This document shows positions 1 through 11,301 of a DNA stretch of 64,000 nt, piece after piece; within the stretch, counting starts at the first letter, position 1, and every line of letters begins with the position of its first letter. Source of the DNA: Octopus vulgaris (taxonomy: Eukaryota). The notes beneath the pieces were generated by a model, which had not been told where the DNA came from, did no database searches, and saw only the letters and a list, made by a program, of their open reading frames with translations. The stretch covers positions 158,286,001 through 158,350,000 of the forward strand of contig OX597816.1 in assembly GCA_951406725.2 (NCBI GenBank). The letters are read 5' to 3'. Position numbers and translations under genes: made by a program.

Positions 1-557
1 AAAACACCAGGCAGAAGGCAGTGGTGTTGGTAGCTGCAAAAGCCTGTGACGTAGTGCAACAACCGGTAAAGAATGAGGAGGGAAAACTGCCATGGAGCGA
101 CAGTGACCATTCATGAGCCGGTGCTTCAAGTGCCAGGGACGAAGCCCGGAGCCATTTGTTACTGGTGCAGGTAGACTGGGAATATCACTTGAAACTGTAG
201 CCAGGGAAAAGGCCACAGGAAAGTTGCTGCCTCTCAAACTTACCCTGCAAGCAAGTAGAGGTGCTTGTGCAGTGGTGACAAATGTTATGATAAATGTGAG
301 TCTTTACTTAATCTTATGATAAATCTTAATCCTTGACTTGATGTTTCCTTATAAATCTCATATCATTTATACTGTTGTATATTCTCACTAATTATCCTAG
401 CTTACTGAATAAAAGATTTACTTCAAAACTTCTTATAACACATGTATAATAACAATCCATTAAATCAGTGTTTCACTGAAGGTCATAAATATCTCTGTAC
501 AGATATAAAAAAGAATTTTATGGCTTTAGAGTCTTTGTTAGCCATCTCCTTCATCAA

Positions 558-791
558 TCACGTTACGCTATACATTGAATAAAGGGTCATAACAAGACGT
601 ATAACTGGTGACACTAAAACTGTAAACAGGGGTAGGCTGTAATATTGCAGGTAAAATGTGAAATCTCGAATTGACATGATGTCAAAGATTCTGAGGGTGC
701 CTCGGCTGGATGGGGGTAGACATCTGGTTCGCCAGTAAAACAGAACATTCTGGAAATATGCTGTATCGTGTTGTTTTGAAAGAATCATTCC
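558..791 (-). CDS. TM-protein gene, last exon
   Basis: tttctag acceptor; GMILSKQHDTAYFQNVLFYWRTRCLPP...VMTLYSMYSVT*. Confidence 0.85.
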   Translation of the reverse strand, partial: GMILSKQHDTAYFQNVLFYWRTRCLPPSSRGTLRIFDIMSIRDFTFYLQYYSLPLFTVLVSPVIRLVMTLYSMYSVT

Positions 792-3700
792 CTAGAAATA
801 AAATTCGATAAATAATTTAAATTTTATACAAACAAACAAATGAAGGTTCATCATCATCATCATCATCATCGTTTAACGTCCGCTTTCCATGCTAGCATGG
901 GTTGGACGGTTCAACTGGGGTCTGGGGAGCCCGAAGGCTGCACCAGGCCAGTCAGATCTGGCAGTGTTTCTACAGCTGGATGCCCTTCCTAACGCCAACC
1001 ACTCCGAGAGTGTAGTGGGTGATTTTAGGTGCCAGACGAGGCTGGCGAACGGCCACACTCGGATGGTGTTTTTTATGTGCCACCGACACAGGTGCCAGAC
1101 GAGGCTATACAAAATACTTCTTCAAAACTGATCTGATATTTAACATTCAAAATGGTGTATATGCACACACATATACAATTTCCCCCCATGTTGTCTAAAC
1201 TCTGAACTCTGTCTGAAATGTCAGAAACTCTATTTCCAATGGCAATTTTATCTCTACTCTTTCTGTCACATTTTTCAAACAACACAGGTCTTGCTGAAGG
1301 AGAACCCTACCAAATCTTCTGCCGTTTTGTTTGATATACAAATACACACTCATACATACATATATATATATATATAGTTGAAATTTATAGTGAAACAAAA
1401 GACGAAAACAGGTGTATGAACAACCAAATGCATTAGTTTGATGCTTGGGAAAATGAAAAAGTTTTTTATGTTTCGAGCCTACACTCTTCAACAGAAAGGA
1501 GTAAGAGAAAATAAAGAGAGAATGAAAAAACTTGTAGATTTCAGCAGTTCAACATGGTGTGTGTGTGTATGGGTGAGGACAGTTGTGTAAAGAAGTGCCA
1601 ATTTCTAACTGTGGAGGGAACCTGTGGTAGAGGTAAAGCCAGGAAGACATGGGACGAGGTAGTGAAGCATGACCATCAAACTTTGGGCCTCACAGAGGCA
1701 ATAATTAGTGACCAAGACCTTTGGTAATATGCCATGCTTGAGAAGACCCATCAAGCCAAGTGAAATTGTAGCCATGGCCACTGCTGGTGTCACGTAACTG
1801 GTACGTAAAGAGCATATTTTGAATGTTGGGTATCAAGGTGGCAATTACAAATGACCGAGACCTTTGGTATCATGCTGTGCTTGAGAAGTCCTGTCAAGCC
1901 AAGTTAAACCATAGTTGTGGAGATACTGGTCATGCAAATGGCACTTGTGCCAGTGGAACCCATTACATTCTAGGATTGGTTGACATTAGGAAGGGCATGA
2001 AGCTGTAGAAATCATGTCAAATTAGACTAGAGTCTGGTGCAGCCCCTCAGCTTACTAGCCTTGGTCAAACTGTCCAACCCATGCCAACATGGACAATGGA
2101 CATTAAATGATGATGATGATGTGTGTATGTGTGTGTATTTTACATATATGTTCATTTATCTACATGTGTTTTCATGCTTGCATGTTGCATGAACATTTTA
2201 TTTAAGGTAGTCTTTTATAGCTGGATGCACTTCCTGATGCTAACCTTCACCTGTTTTGCAAAGAAGAGATCACTTATTCTACACAGCTTTAAAGGCATGA
2301 AGTATCTGGATGATTTTTTGACAGGACAAACAGAGCAGAACACTGCCCGTCATACTTTCTCACATGCAATTGTATATATAAACAAGCACACAGATATATA
2401 TGCAAGCATAAACAGACAGACATATACATACATAAAACAGTCGTTTCAGTATTTCTCTACCAAATTCACTCACAAGGCTTAGGCCAGCCTGTGGCTATAG
2501 TAGAAGGCATTGCTCAAAGTGTTGCACAGTGGGACTGAACCAAAAATGATGTGGTTGGAAAGCAAACATCTCAACCACACGGCCATGTCTACACCAATGT
2601 AAACTCATTCTCATTAAAGATAAAACCACGCAAGAAATTATTACTAATAATTACCATAACTTCGTTTAAATAGTGGACATTCGATTCAATCAAGCCCTCT
2701 AGGTTCTGAGCAGATTTCAAGAGAAACAGCATCAAAGCAGTCCAGCAGATAATGACAGCCAATATGGAAACCCTGGAATACATAATTAATAGAAATGTGA
2801 ATCTTCCCATGAAACAATTTGCTCTTTTTCCACTTATGTATTTTTAACCCTTTTGTTACCATATTTCTTATCAAGATGCTCTGTATTTCTTCCAATTAAT
2901 TTACAATATAACAAAGAATTTAGTAAAATAACTTAGTTATCATTAAGCTAGGGTTAGGAACATAAATTGTGACTAAGGTTTGGTGGAAGATTTTAATTCA
3001 GAGCTTTTGAAAACAAGACATTTGTACTACAGAGCCAGAAGCAGTTTCAGCCAGATTGGTATCAAAAGGGTTAAACAAACAACATCATACAATATTGTCA
3101 TAAACTTTTTGTTTTTTTTTATTATTAAATGTTGATAATTATTTTAGTAACCATGAGATACATACAAAATATATTTTATTGTTTTCAGGTTTATATTTAA
3201 AAATAATTTGCTATATTTAGACCTGAAGATTCATAAAAGGTTGGTCTGCTAATCCTCTTCAGCTCATAAGGATCCATAGGACTAAGCATGTAATTATGAT
3301 ATCTATAGTGTAATCAGCCTTGTCACATTTTATGTGTCATGCTGAACCTCCCTGAGAACTATGTTAAGGGTATGCAGGTTTGTGGAGTGCTCAGTCACTC
3401 ACATATTAATTTTACGTGTAGACTGTTTCATTGATTGGATCAAGTGGTACCCTTGTCATCATAACCAACAGAATGCCAGTAGTGTAGGGCTAATGCTCCT
3501 ACCTAAAAAAATAGCACAAGCTCTAATTGGGAAGAGTACCTGTTGAAGGGTAGACCCAGCAAGATGTGAGTCGGAGTAGTGAGAAAGGATCTTCGGAAGC
3601 TGGGCCTCATTGAGGAAATGACAAGTTACAGGGAGATGTGGTGATTAGTTGTACTTGATAAGACTTGTCAAGCTAAGAAAAGTTGCTGTCTTCCACACAT

Positions 3701-5835
3701 ACAGGCTTGTACTTTCAGGTGTTGGCGCCACTTAAAAATCACTCATGCTGGTGTTGCATTAATGCACCTGTACTGGCACTACATTAATGCATCCAGCACA
3801 TTCTGCTAAGTGACTGGCGTTAGGAAGGACATCCAGCCGTAGAAACCATGCCACAACAGACAGTTGGAGTTTGGATAACTCTCTGCTGGCCAGCTCCAGG
3901 TCAAACATCCAACCTACAGCAGCATGGAGAGCAGATGTTAAATGATCAGGATGATGATTCTGGGAGCATCAAAGACAATTCAAAACCAACAAGACTGAGA
4001 TGAGGAAAAGAGGAGAAAAGTCACCGAAAGCCTATGTTCTATATGAAGCAAAGGGTTTAAATAAGTATTCTATTTGAGGCTCTAATAATTCTGCCAATTT
4101 ACCTCCATTAACAATTTCAATTAGTCAGAGCTGGAACTGGTTACAGTAAAAGTATAGTAGCTAGGGTAAGGAGAAGTGCAGAGGATGTATAGTCAGCACT
4201 GGCATTGACCACGCTCGAATGGTGCTTTTTACATGTCACTGGCACAGGAGCCAGTCAGGAGGCACTAGCATCAACGACGCTTGAACGATGCTTTTTACAT
4301 GCCACTGGCATGGGAGCCAGTCAGGCAGCACTGCCATCGACCATGCTCGAGTGATGCTTTTTATGTGCCACTGGCATGGGAGCTAGTCAGGCAGCACTAG
4401 CATTGACCATATTTGAATGGTGCTTCTTATGTACCACTGGCATGGGAGGCAGTCAGGAGGCACTGGCATCGACCATACTTGAATGGTGTTTTTTATGTGC
4501 CACCAGCACTGGCATCATACCAAGTAGAAAAAAAAAAGGAAAATTTATCTGATGACTCAGTTTAAAAAGTTATCAAAGAATCACACCTATTTCTTTACTA
4601 TCCACAAGGGGCTACAAACAGAGAGAACAAACAAGGACAGACAAACGGATTAAGTCGATTATATTGACCCCAGTGCGTAACTGGTACTTATTTAATCGAC
4701 ACTGAAAGGATGAAAGGCAAAGTCAACCTCGGCAGAATTTGAACTCAGAACGTAGTGGCAGACGAAATACCACTAAGCATTTTGCCCGGCATGCTAATGA
4801 TTCTGCCAGCTTGCCGCTTCAAAGAATCACACCACCATCTCATTCTATTTGGTGAAAATACAATTTTGCTGTATTTTTCAGAAAGTAATAAATAGAAAAA
4901 AAAAACCCCACATATAGATACAGATTTAAATAGATATCAATGAGTCATACCATCGTCTGATTCTGTTTGGTGACAATTTGTTTTTAGCATAAATACTTTC
5001 AAAGAGGTAATAAAACAGAAGCATAACACCACATATGTACAACAAAATATAGATTTGGTAACGCCGAGAGGGATGTGACATATCAAATGATTCAGTTATC
5101 TCTGCCTAAAAGAAGAAAAGAGAATTATATTTACTTCACATACCATATTATCAAAACTGTTATCATCATCATCAACAACAACAGTGTTATTTTCACATGC
5201 TTTCTTTTTAATGCTACAAAGGACTGGGTGTCTCTTCCTGCAATTAGATCTTTCATTATAGACATAGGTATGGATGCACAATCACCTGGCTGCAAAGTGA
5301 AATTTGCAACCAGGTGATTCTATTTTTGATATCACTGTGCAACATCTCGGAAAGTGTCTTCTACTACAGCATCAGATTAGCCAATACATCATGAGTGGAA
5401 TTTGGCAGATGGAAACTGTGTAGAAGCTTGTCACGTGTGTGTGAATCTATCTATCTATCTATCTATATAAATATATATATAAATTAGAAAAAAACCCACC
5501 TTTTATCAATTCAATAATGAAAAATTAAATTATTCCATTTAGAAAAATTACATATTATAGAAAGATTAAATATAAGATAAAAGACATAACAATGATTAAG
5601 TAATGTGCAAAATAATAAACAAACCATACATATTTGGTAAAATATATTTGTTATTCTACCAAATGTATACAGTTTATAATATAATATAATATATAATTTT
5701 TCTAAATGGTATAATTTAATTTTTCATTATTGAATTGATAAAAGGTGTTTTTTTTCCTAATTTATATATATTTTGTGAAATTTGATTTAGTATTTCTAAA
5801 TTTAATTTTTCCCTGTAAGTTTGGAATAAGATTCC

Positions 5836-5884
<49 letters not shown>

Positions 5885-8800
5885 CTTTTCTTTTACTTGT
5901 TTTAATCATTGGATTGCAGCCATGCTGGAGCACTGCCTTGAAGGATTTAGTTGGACAAATTTCATCCCCTTAGTACTTATTCTATTGGTTACTTTTGCCT
6001 AACTGCTAAATTATAGGGATGTAAACAAACCAATGGTGGGGGACAAACACATACTCATATACATACAGGGCATTTGAGCTAAATTTGATGATCTTTTTGC
6101 CTTCTTTTTTTCAGGAACAGCTTGATGCATTGGTGAACAGTGAATGGTATTGTAGAGCATAAAGATTAAAGTCGTAGTTGAGAAAAAGTTAGCTGATATG
6201 GAGGACTGGAAACCATCTGAATATTGGAAAAAAATTATTTGCATCATGATTTGCACTGGGCATTAAAATGCTGACATCATGACTACTGCTCAATGCTCTG
6301 TGAACACTGTATAGGCTGTAAGACAAGATACAGACAGCAGCAATGGAGATTAGAAAACCATGGCCAGCAGAAGAGGCCACAACTGACTCTGACTGTGTCC
6401 ACACACCGGAATTCATCCTCACATCTTTGAATAAGGCCTTAGGTTCAATTCAGACAGCTATGTGAAGCTACTGGAGATTGGAGTCAATTCCTGTTTGGAG
6501 AAGGTTGTTGTTGATGTCCATGGGGTCAGTATATGACTAGAGTTATATTCAAGTTTCTGTGGAATTATGTAAATGAGAAGAAATCTTTTCTAGGAGAGGA
6601 CAGCAGTTTAGTGCAGTGGACCTCTACCAACTGTTAAGATAGAGTGTCTCACTAAATACACAATAAAACAGCTGCAATAAATTTGACTTATTACTTAAGT
6701 CTTTTGTCTCCAATGAAGCATTGGCCATTGATGTTTTTGTTCCATTGTTCTTGACTCTGGCCTGCCTTTCTACCTCTTTTGTGGGTTCGTGTGTTTTTCT
6801 GAGGGAATGCTTTCCTCTCCCATGCCTTGCTGATTTTAAATTATCATAAATGCTTCTGTGTGGCCCTATACACATCCATTTTAACCACTTGGAAGTGGTG
6901 GCCCATATTATTCTAGCCTCTATGCTTTGACCTGTCCAGCACAGGAGGTATTACCAGGAGTTTGTGCTCAGCTAGCATAGCTCTCAAGGTCATCGAGACA
7001 CACAAGCCATAAGGACTGGACCTCATGGTAGAAAAGATTTGAGCACATGACCTACGAATGGACAGTTCAATACCTTATTCACATTGTCATTTACTATTGA
7101 AATTTGAAAAGAAATACTCACCAACAAATTTTAAATTATCATAGAGTAGCCCTATACAGATCCATTTTTAACCACTCGGAAGTGGTGGCCCATATTATTC
7201 TAGCCTCTATGCTTTGACCTGTCCAGCACAGGAGGTATTACCAGGAGTTTGTGCTCAGCTAGCATAGCTCTCAAGGTCATCGAGACACACAAGCCATAAG
7301 GACTGGACCTTGTGGTGGAAGAGATTTGAGCACATGATCTACGAACAGACAGTTCAATACCTTATTCACATTGTCATTTACCATTGAAATTTGAAAAGAA
7401 ATACTCACCAACAAATTTAGAAAATCTGCATGCCAGAAGACTACACTGTCGTGGAATTTGTTGTAATCAGAAGATATTAAAATTGGATGACTGATGGAAA
7501 AATTATTTAGTTTCTCAGATAACATCTGTAATTTTGTAAATGTATAACCTGAAAGAAAAGATAATGATACTTAGAGTACTGACCTCAGTTTTAATCTTCC
7601 ACCAAAATTTCATATTAATTTATGTTCCAAAAACCAGCTTAACGTTTATAGTAATTTCATTAAATTCACCAATACCAATGCCATATAAAAAGGACCCATG
7701 CCATCATCATCATCATCGTTTAACGTCCGTTTTCCATGCTAGCATGGGTTGGACAGTTCGACCGGGGTCTGGGAAGCCAGGAGGCTGCATCAGGCTCCAG
7801 TCTGATCTGGTGGTGTTTCTACAACTGGATGCCCTTCCTAACGCCAACCATTCCGTGAGTGTAGTGGGTGCTTTTTACGTGCCACCGGCACGGAAGCCAG
7901 TCAGGGTGGCAAGCATCTGTGCCAACTCCATGTAAAGAGCACCTGTTCCAGTGCCACATAATATGCACTCATGCCGGCGCTACATAAAAGGCATCAATAC
8001 ACTCTGTAAAATAGCTGGCATTAGGAAGAGCATCAAGCCATAGAAACCATGCCAAAACAGATGAATGGAACCTGGTGCAGCTCTCCAGCTGGCCGGCTTC
8101 TGTCAAACCAACCAACCAACCAACCAACCCATTACCACATGGAAAACAGGTGTTAAATTATGAATTTCCATTATTTTCAAAATTAATTGAAATAAAGGCA
8201 GTGCATTTCAACAGAAATACGGTAACAAAAGGGTTAATGAAATAAAGTTTCTTACCATGAATTTTGAAAAAGAAGTAGGCAGCAACAAAAATGAGGATAA
8301 TGAAAAGGGTTATCAGTTGGAGTAGGTCAAACTTGTTTAATCTCATCTTTGCCATATCTGGCCAAATGGAGACACCACCACCAACAGCAAGTTTATTGGA
8401 ATTTTGTTTGGCAGCAGCATGTTTATCAATAAGTATTTTACGTTTTTCTTCAATAGGTCGACCTGTAAGATATGAGTGTATTATAACCATAAAATGTTAA
8501 TTTGTTTTCTGTAGTTCAATGTACTGGTTACCACACCACTCTTTCTGTACTAAAATGATCCAATGAAAGAGAGTGAGTCACATCACAAGCATGCAATCTG
8601 CTAGAAATAGCAGCTAAATCTCTCTCAAATCACATCTTACTATCTTGAAAAAAGGGAAGGACAAATTGGATAAATAATAGTGTAGCAAATGGGGGTGGGG
8701 GCAATGGTTGAAGGCCCACTGCAGATAGCACTTTTAATGGGGTGACTGTTTTGGGTCTAATCTCTCTTTCTGTGCTAAAATGATCCAATGAGAGAGAGTG

Positions 8801-9341
8801 AGTCACATTACAAGCATGCAATCTGCTAGAAATAGAAGCCAAATCTCTCTCAAATCACATCTTACTATCTTGAAAAAAGGGAAGGACATTGGATAAATAA
8901 TAGTGTAGCTGGTGGGGTGGGGGCAATGGTTGAAGGCCCACTTCAGATGGCACTTTTAATGGGGTGACTGTTTTGGGTCTAATCTCTTTAATGCCTAGTA
9001 AATTTATAAGAAAACAGCAAAAAACAAAACAAAAAGACAATAAAATTTTTTGCTTTACCTGGTGTAAGTCGTAACTGTGCTAAAGTAGGACTCACAGTTT
9101 TCTTCGAATAACTAAGTCGTGTCTTTGATTCTAATTCCTCCAGAAATTTCTGTTTGATTATATAAAAATCAATTTCCGAAGACTCTACTGGTTCTTGTTT
9201 CTTGGACCTGTGTCTAGGCTCTGAAGCAGTTACAGTTAATGTAGGAGTGCTTAGACTGGCTTCTCTTCTCATGGGAGTACTAGACTTGTGTGATATACAA
9301 GCGGTTGAAGAAAATTCTCGTTCTCTACAGCTAGTCCGCAT
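558..9341 (-). CDS. Uncharacterised multi-pass membrane protein, 378 aa, 6 coding exons (whole-gene span)
   Basis: Exons 9059-9341, 8256-8462, 7409-7548, 4951-5105, 2655-2772 and 558-791 all have GT-AG boundaries and matching phases (1,1,0,2,0). They sum to 1137 nt, ATG to TGA, with no internal stop. There are about four hydrophobic segments. Confidence 0.85.
849..1108 (-). mobile_element. 5'-truncated RTE-type LINE 3' end with (GAT)n tail; representative of about 25 copies
   Basis: (cat)n-cgtttaacgtccgctttccatgctagcatgggttgg...ctggatgcccttcctaacgccaacc motif recurs at about 7700, 16430, 19735, 25570, 29165, 32040, 33010, 35880, 37215, 38470, 40880, 43835, 48875, 57747 and 59860. Confidence 0.8.
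1575..2121 (+). mobile_element. RTE LINE 3' fragment: ORF C-terminus, 3'UTR and (GAT)n tail
   Basis: Translates CVKKCQFLTVEGTCGRGKARKTWDEVVKHD...LGLTEA...LW*YAMLEKTHQAK*, the RTE-type G.RGRP.KTW end, joined to the common repeat tail. Confidence 0.8.
2655..2772 (-). CDS. TM-protein gene, exon 5
   Basis: ttccag/gtaatt; VSILAVIICWTALMLFLLKSAQNLEGLIESNVHYLNEVM. Confidence 0.85.
2844..3074. mobile_element. piggyBac-like MITE (TTAA TSD)
   Basis: TTAA-CCCTTTTGTTACC...GGTATCAAAAGGG-TTAA; sibling copies at 30962-31187, 31211-31438, 32469-32673 and 34243-34471. Confidence 0.8.
4196..4517 (-). repeat. ~60-bp tandem array from the RTE 3'UTR
   Basis: About 5 units of gcactggcatcgaccacgctcgaatggtgctttttacgtgccactggcacgggagccagtcagg; similar arrays at about 29300, 32060, 37400, 44000 and 61830. 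Confidence 0.85.
4588..4818 (-). mobile_element. tRNA-derived SINE with Meta-like core; representative copy
   Basis: Core gcctttcatcctttcggggtcgataaattaagtaccag; 15-bp TSD tcaaagaatcacacc on both sides; more than 12 other copies (19185, 24085, 30050, 34960-35790, 36745, 40081, 44275, 54320). Confidence 0.8.
4951..5105 (-). CDS. TM-protein gene, exon 4
   Basis: cttttag/gtatga; AEITESFDMSHPSRRYQIYILLYICGVMLLFYYLFESIYAKNKLSPNRIRRW. Confidence 0.85.
5473..5770. repeat. AT-rich long inverted repeat between TA tracts
   Basis: ~85-bp arms (aaattagaaaaaaacccaccttttatcaattcaataatgaaaaattaaatta... and its reverse complement at about 5686-5770) plus an inner hairpin. Confidence 0.8.
5839..5882. repeat. 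(TA)n microsatellite
   Basis: Direct observation. Confidence 0.95.
6062..6530 (+). mobile_element. Decayed, internally deleted Tc1/mariner-superfamily (maT-like) element
   Basis: Begins ta-caggg; the residual frame GLRFNSDSYVKLLEIGVNSCLEKVV resembles the segment before the second catalytic Asp of maT/Tc1 transposases. Confidence 0.4.
6833..7418. repeat. ~290-bp tandem duplication
   Basis: 6833-7130 closely matches 7128-7418 with scattered substitutions. Confidence 0.9.
7409..7548 (-). CDS. TM-protein gene, exon 3
   Basis: ctttcag/gtgagt; YTFTKLQMLSEKLNNF...VVFWHADFLNLL. Confidence 0.85.
8256..8462 (-). CDS. TM-protein gene, exon 2
   Basis: ttacag/gtaaga; RPIEEKRKILIDK...LLQLITLFIILIFVAAYFFFKIH (TM1). 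Confidence 0.85.
8538..8987. repeat. ~226-bp tandem duplication
   Basis: ctctttctgt.ctaaaatgatccaatg...gggtctaatctct present twice. Confidence 0.9.
9059..9341 (-). CDS. TM-protein gene, first coding exon
   Basis: Acceptor ttcag just before 9387, ATG at 9341, donor gtaaag; MRTSCREREFSS...SPTLAQLRLTP (S/T/P- and basic-rich). Confidence 0.75.
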
Positions 9342-10608
9342 CTTGGTAAGATATGATCATCTCTGATACATAGCCAGATAAATATTTCTGAATAAAGAAT
9401 CAAAAACAAATTTAAGAGTTAATAATAGGGGTTCTCTTCACAAATCTTATGATTGGTGGAAATGATCAGAAAGACAACCAGCACTCCATTGCTTATGATG
9501 ACAAAGGTTCCAGCTGATCCAACCAATGGAACAGCCTGTTTGTGAAATGAATGTGCAAGTGGCTGAGCAATCCATAAGACACATGTACCCTTAGTGTAGT
9601 TCTCAGGGAGGTATAGTGAGACAATGCTAACATTTCTGCCAGCTCACTGCCATTCAATATGTGCAAGGAAATGTCTTGAAGAAAAATATAGGAAGGAAGG
9701 GAATTGGTGTCTGGTTGAATGCCTGCACCAAATAAACTCTGTTAAAGACATCAAAAGACCTGGTAATGATGTTAAATCATGCAGCTTAATGTCATTGTTT
9801 GTTAGCATATTACCATTGTTTGATATACCAAAGAGTGACTATCAAATTATATAAAATACTTGATAATAGTAATACAAATTGCACATCTATGTATATTATG
9901 TGTTTAGGTTGAACATGTTTCTGTAAATGCTCAGGAAACATTTTCTAATCTGGTATGAATCATAACAGATATTGCTGGTGCAAGATCAACAACTTCTCAT
10001 AGGAGCAAATATGTGTTTGGTTCACTTGCTAGAAATAGCAACCAAATTCCTTTTGGACATCCCTACACATGTGTACCTCACTGACTTTGTTTGCTCATAA
10101 CGTCCAGGAAAATGCATATTTTTTAATGAAAATTTTTACAAATCTGCTCCAGATTATGATTGTATCGGAATTTGCAATAAAAATGTTTTTTCAAGGTTGG
10201 GGAGGGGACTTTCTGAAAAATTCACAAAAGTTGATTTTGTTTCTTCATAACTTTCAGAAGAATGGGTACTTTTTTTTTAACGAAATTTCTACAAATATCT
10301 CTCAGATGGTATAGATTATAGTTATATTAGAATTTATAAAAAGAAAAGAAAAAAAAAAAAGAAAGAAATGGTGGGCTTGTACACGTATTATATTGACAAA
10401 CATACCATTTTTTTTTGAAATTTCAAGTTTCATTTTGTGATGTAAGCCCACTAATTTTTTTTTTTCATATTAATTTCCAATATAATCGTATTATACATAA
10501 TTTGAAAGGTATTTATAGAAAATTAAAAGGCGTTAAAAGGAGACATTTGTCACCAACTCCTTACGTACGGTAGTTATTCCCTACATGAAGAAATAAAGTC
10601 AACTGGTG

Positions 10609-10720
10609 TGAATTTTCTGAAACTCCTCTCCCCGTCCCCAGTAAAACGTTTCCCCCCAAAATCCTGAATTTTCTGAAACTCCTCTCCCCGTCCTCAGTAA
10701 AACGTTTCCCCCCAAAATCC
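10609..10720. repeat. 56-bp tandem duplication
   Basis: tgaattttctgaaactcctctccccgtcc.cagtaaaacgtttccccccaaaatcc x2. Confidence 0.9.
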
Positions 10721-10885
10721 TATATAATCGGAATCTACACCATAGAACGTTTCATTTACAAATATCTTTGTTCCTGGAAGCTAGGAGGAAACAAATTCGG
10801 GTGGGGGAGGGGGCCGAGGATGGCACAATTGTGTAGGTATGCCCCCTCTTGAATAGTCCTCTGCTGTCTTTAAAAAGAGAATACG

Positions 10886-11301
10886 GAATCTTTTCGGTTT
10901 GAACAGCAGTTTTTTATAGCGGTATAATATGAAATTATCACCCATAATTATGACCCTAGTATCGATCTATTGCATTTCAATCTGTTTTAAGTTGAGGGTT
11001 AGGGGTGTGGGGAAGGGTATCTTTTTTTTCTTCACAAATGTAAATAAATCCAATCTGTTTCTTAAACGAGGGACATATTCATACGGAACAGAATGTTTTT
11101 TTTACCTCAATAGACGTCATTGATTGGTTGAAATTGCAGAAATAACAACAACAAATATATCTTACAAACTATAGAATTTTCTCAATAAAGCCAAGAGAAA
11201 AAGATGTTTTATAAACACATTCTACCAGTATACGAAGTTTAAAACTGTTTAGTTACGTGGAAATTATTAAAAAAAAACTGCCATTCAAACCGAAAAGATC
11301 C
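10886..11301. mobile_element. Non-autonomous DNA transposon with 8-bp TSD (Merlin-like termini)
   Basis: TIRs gaatcttttcggtttgaac.gcagttttt / aaaaactgccattcaaaccgaaaagatcc; TSD agaatacg at 10878-10885 and 11302-11309. Confidence 0.8.

Noticed and set aside
113-319. ORF with RCFKCQG resembling a gag zinc knuckle
   Set aside because: The CCHC motif is incomplete and lies at the window edge; at most a retroelement remnant.
3223-3262. Isolated CTGANGA cores (3223, about 22800, 28456, 49345, 49641)
   Set aside because: They lack a convincing stem II, GAAA, NUH and stem I combination; 22800 is truncated by a repeat and 28456 is too weak.
4196-4517. Regularly spaced repeats resembling a CRISPR array (also about 29300, 37400, 44000 and 61830)
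   Set aside because: The whole ~60-bp unit repeats with no unique spacers, it belongs to an RTE 3'UTR, the context is eukaryotic, and there are no cas genes.
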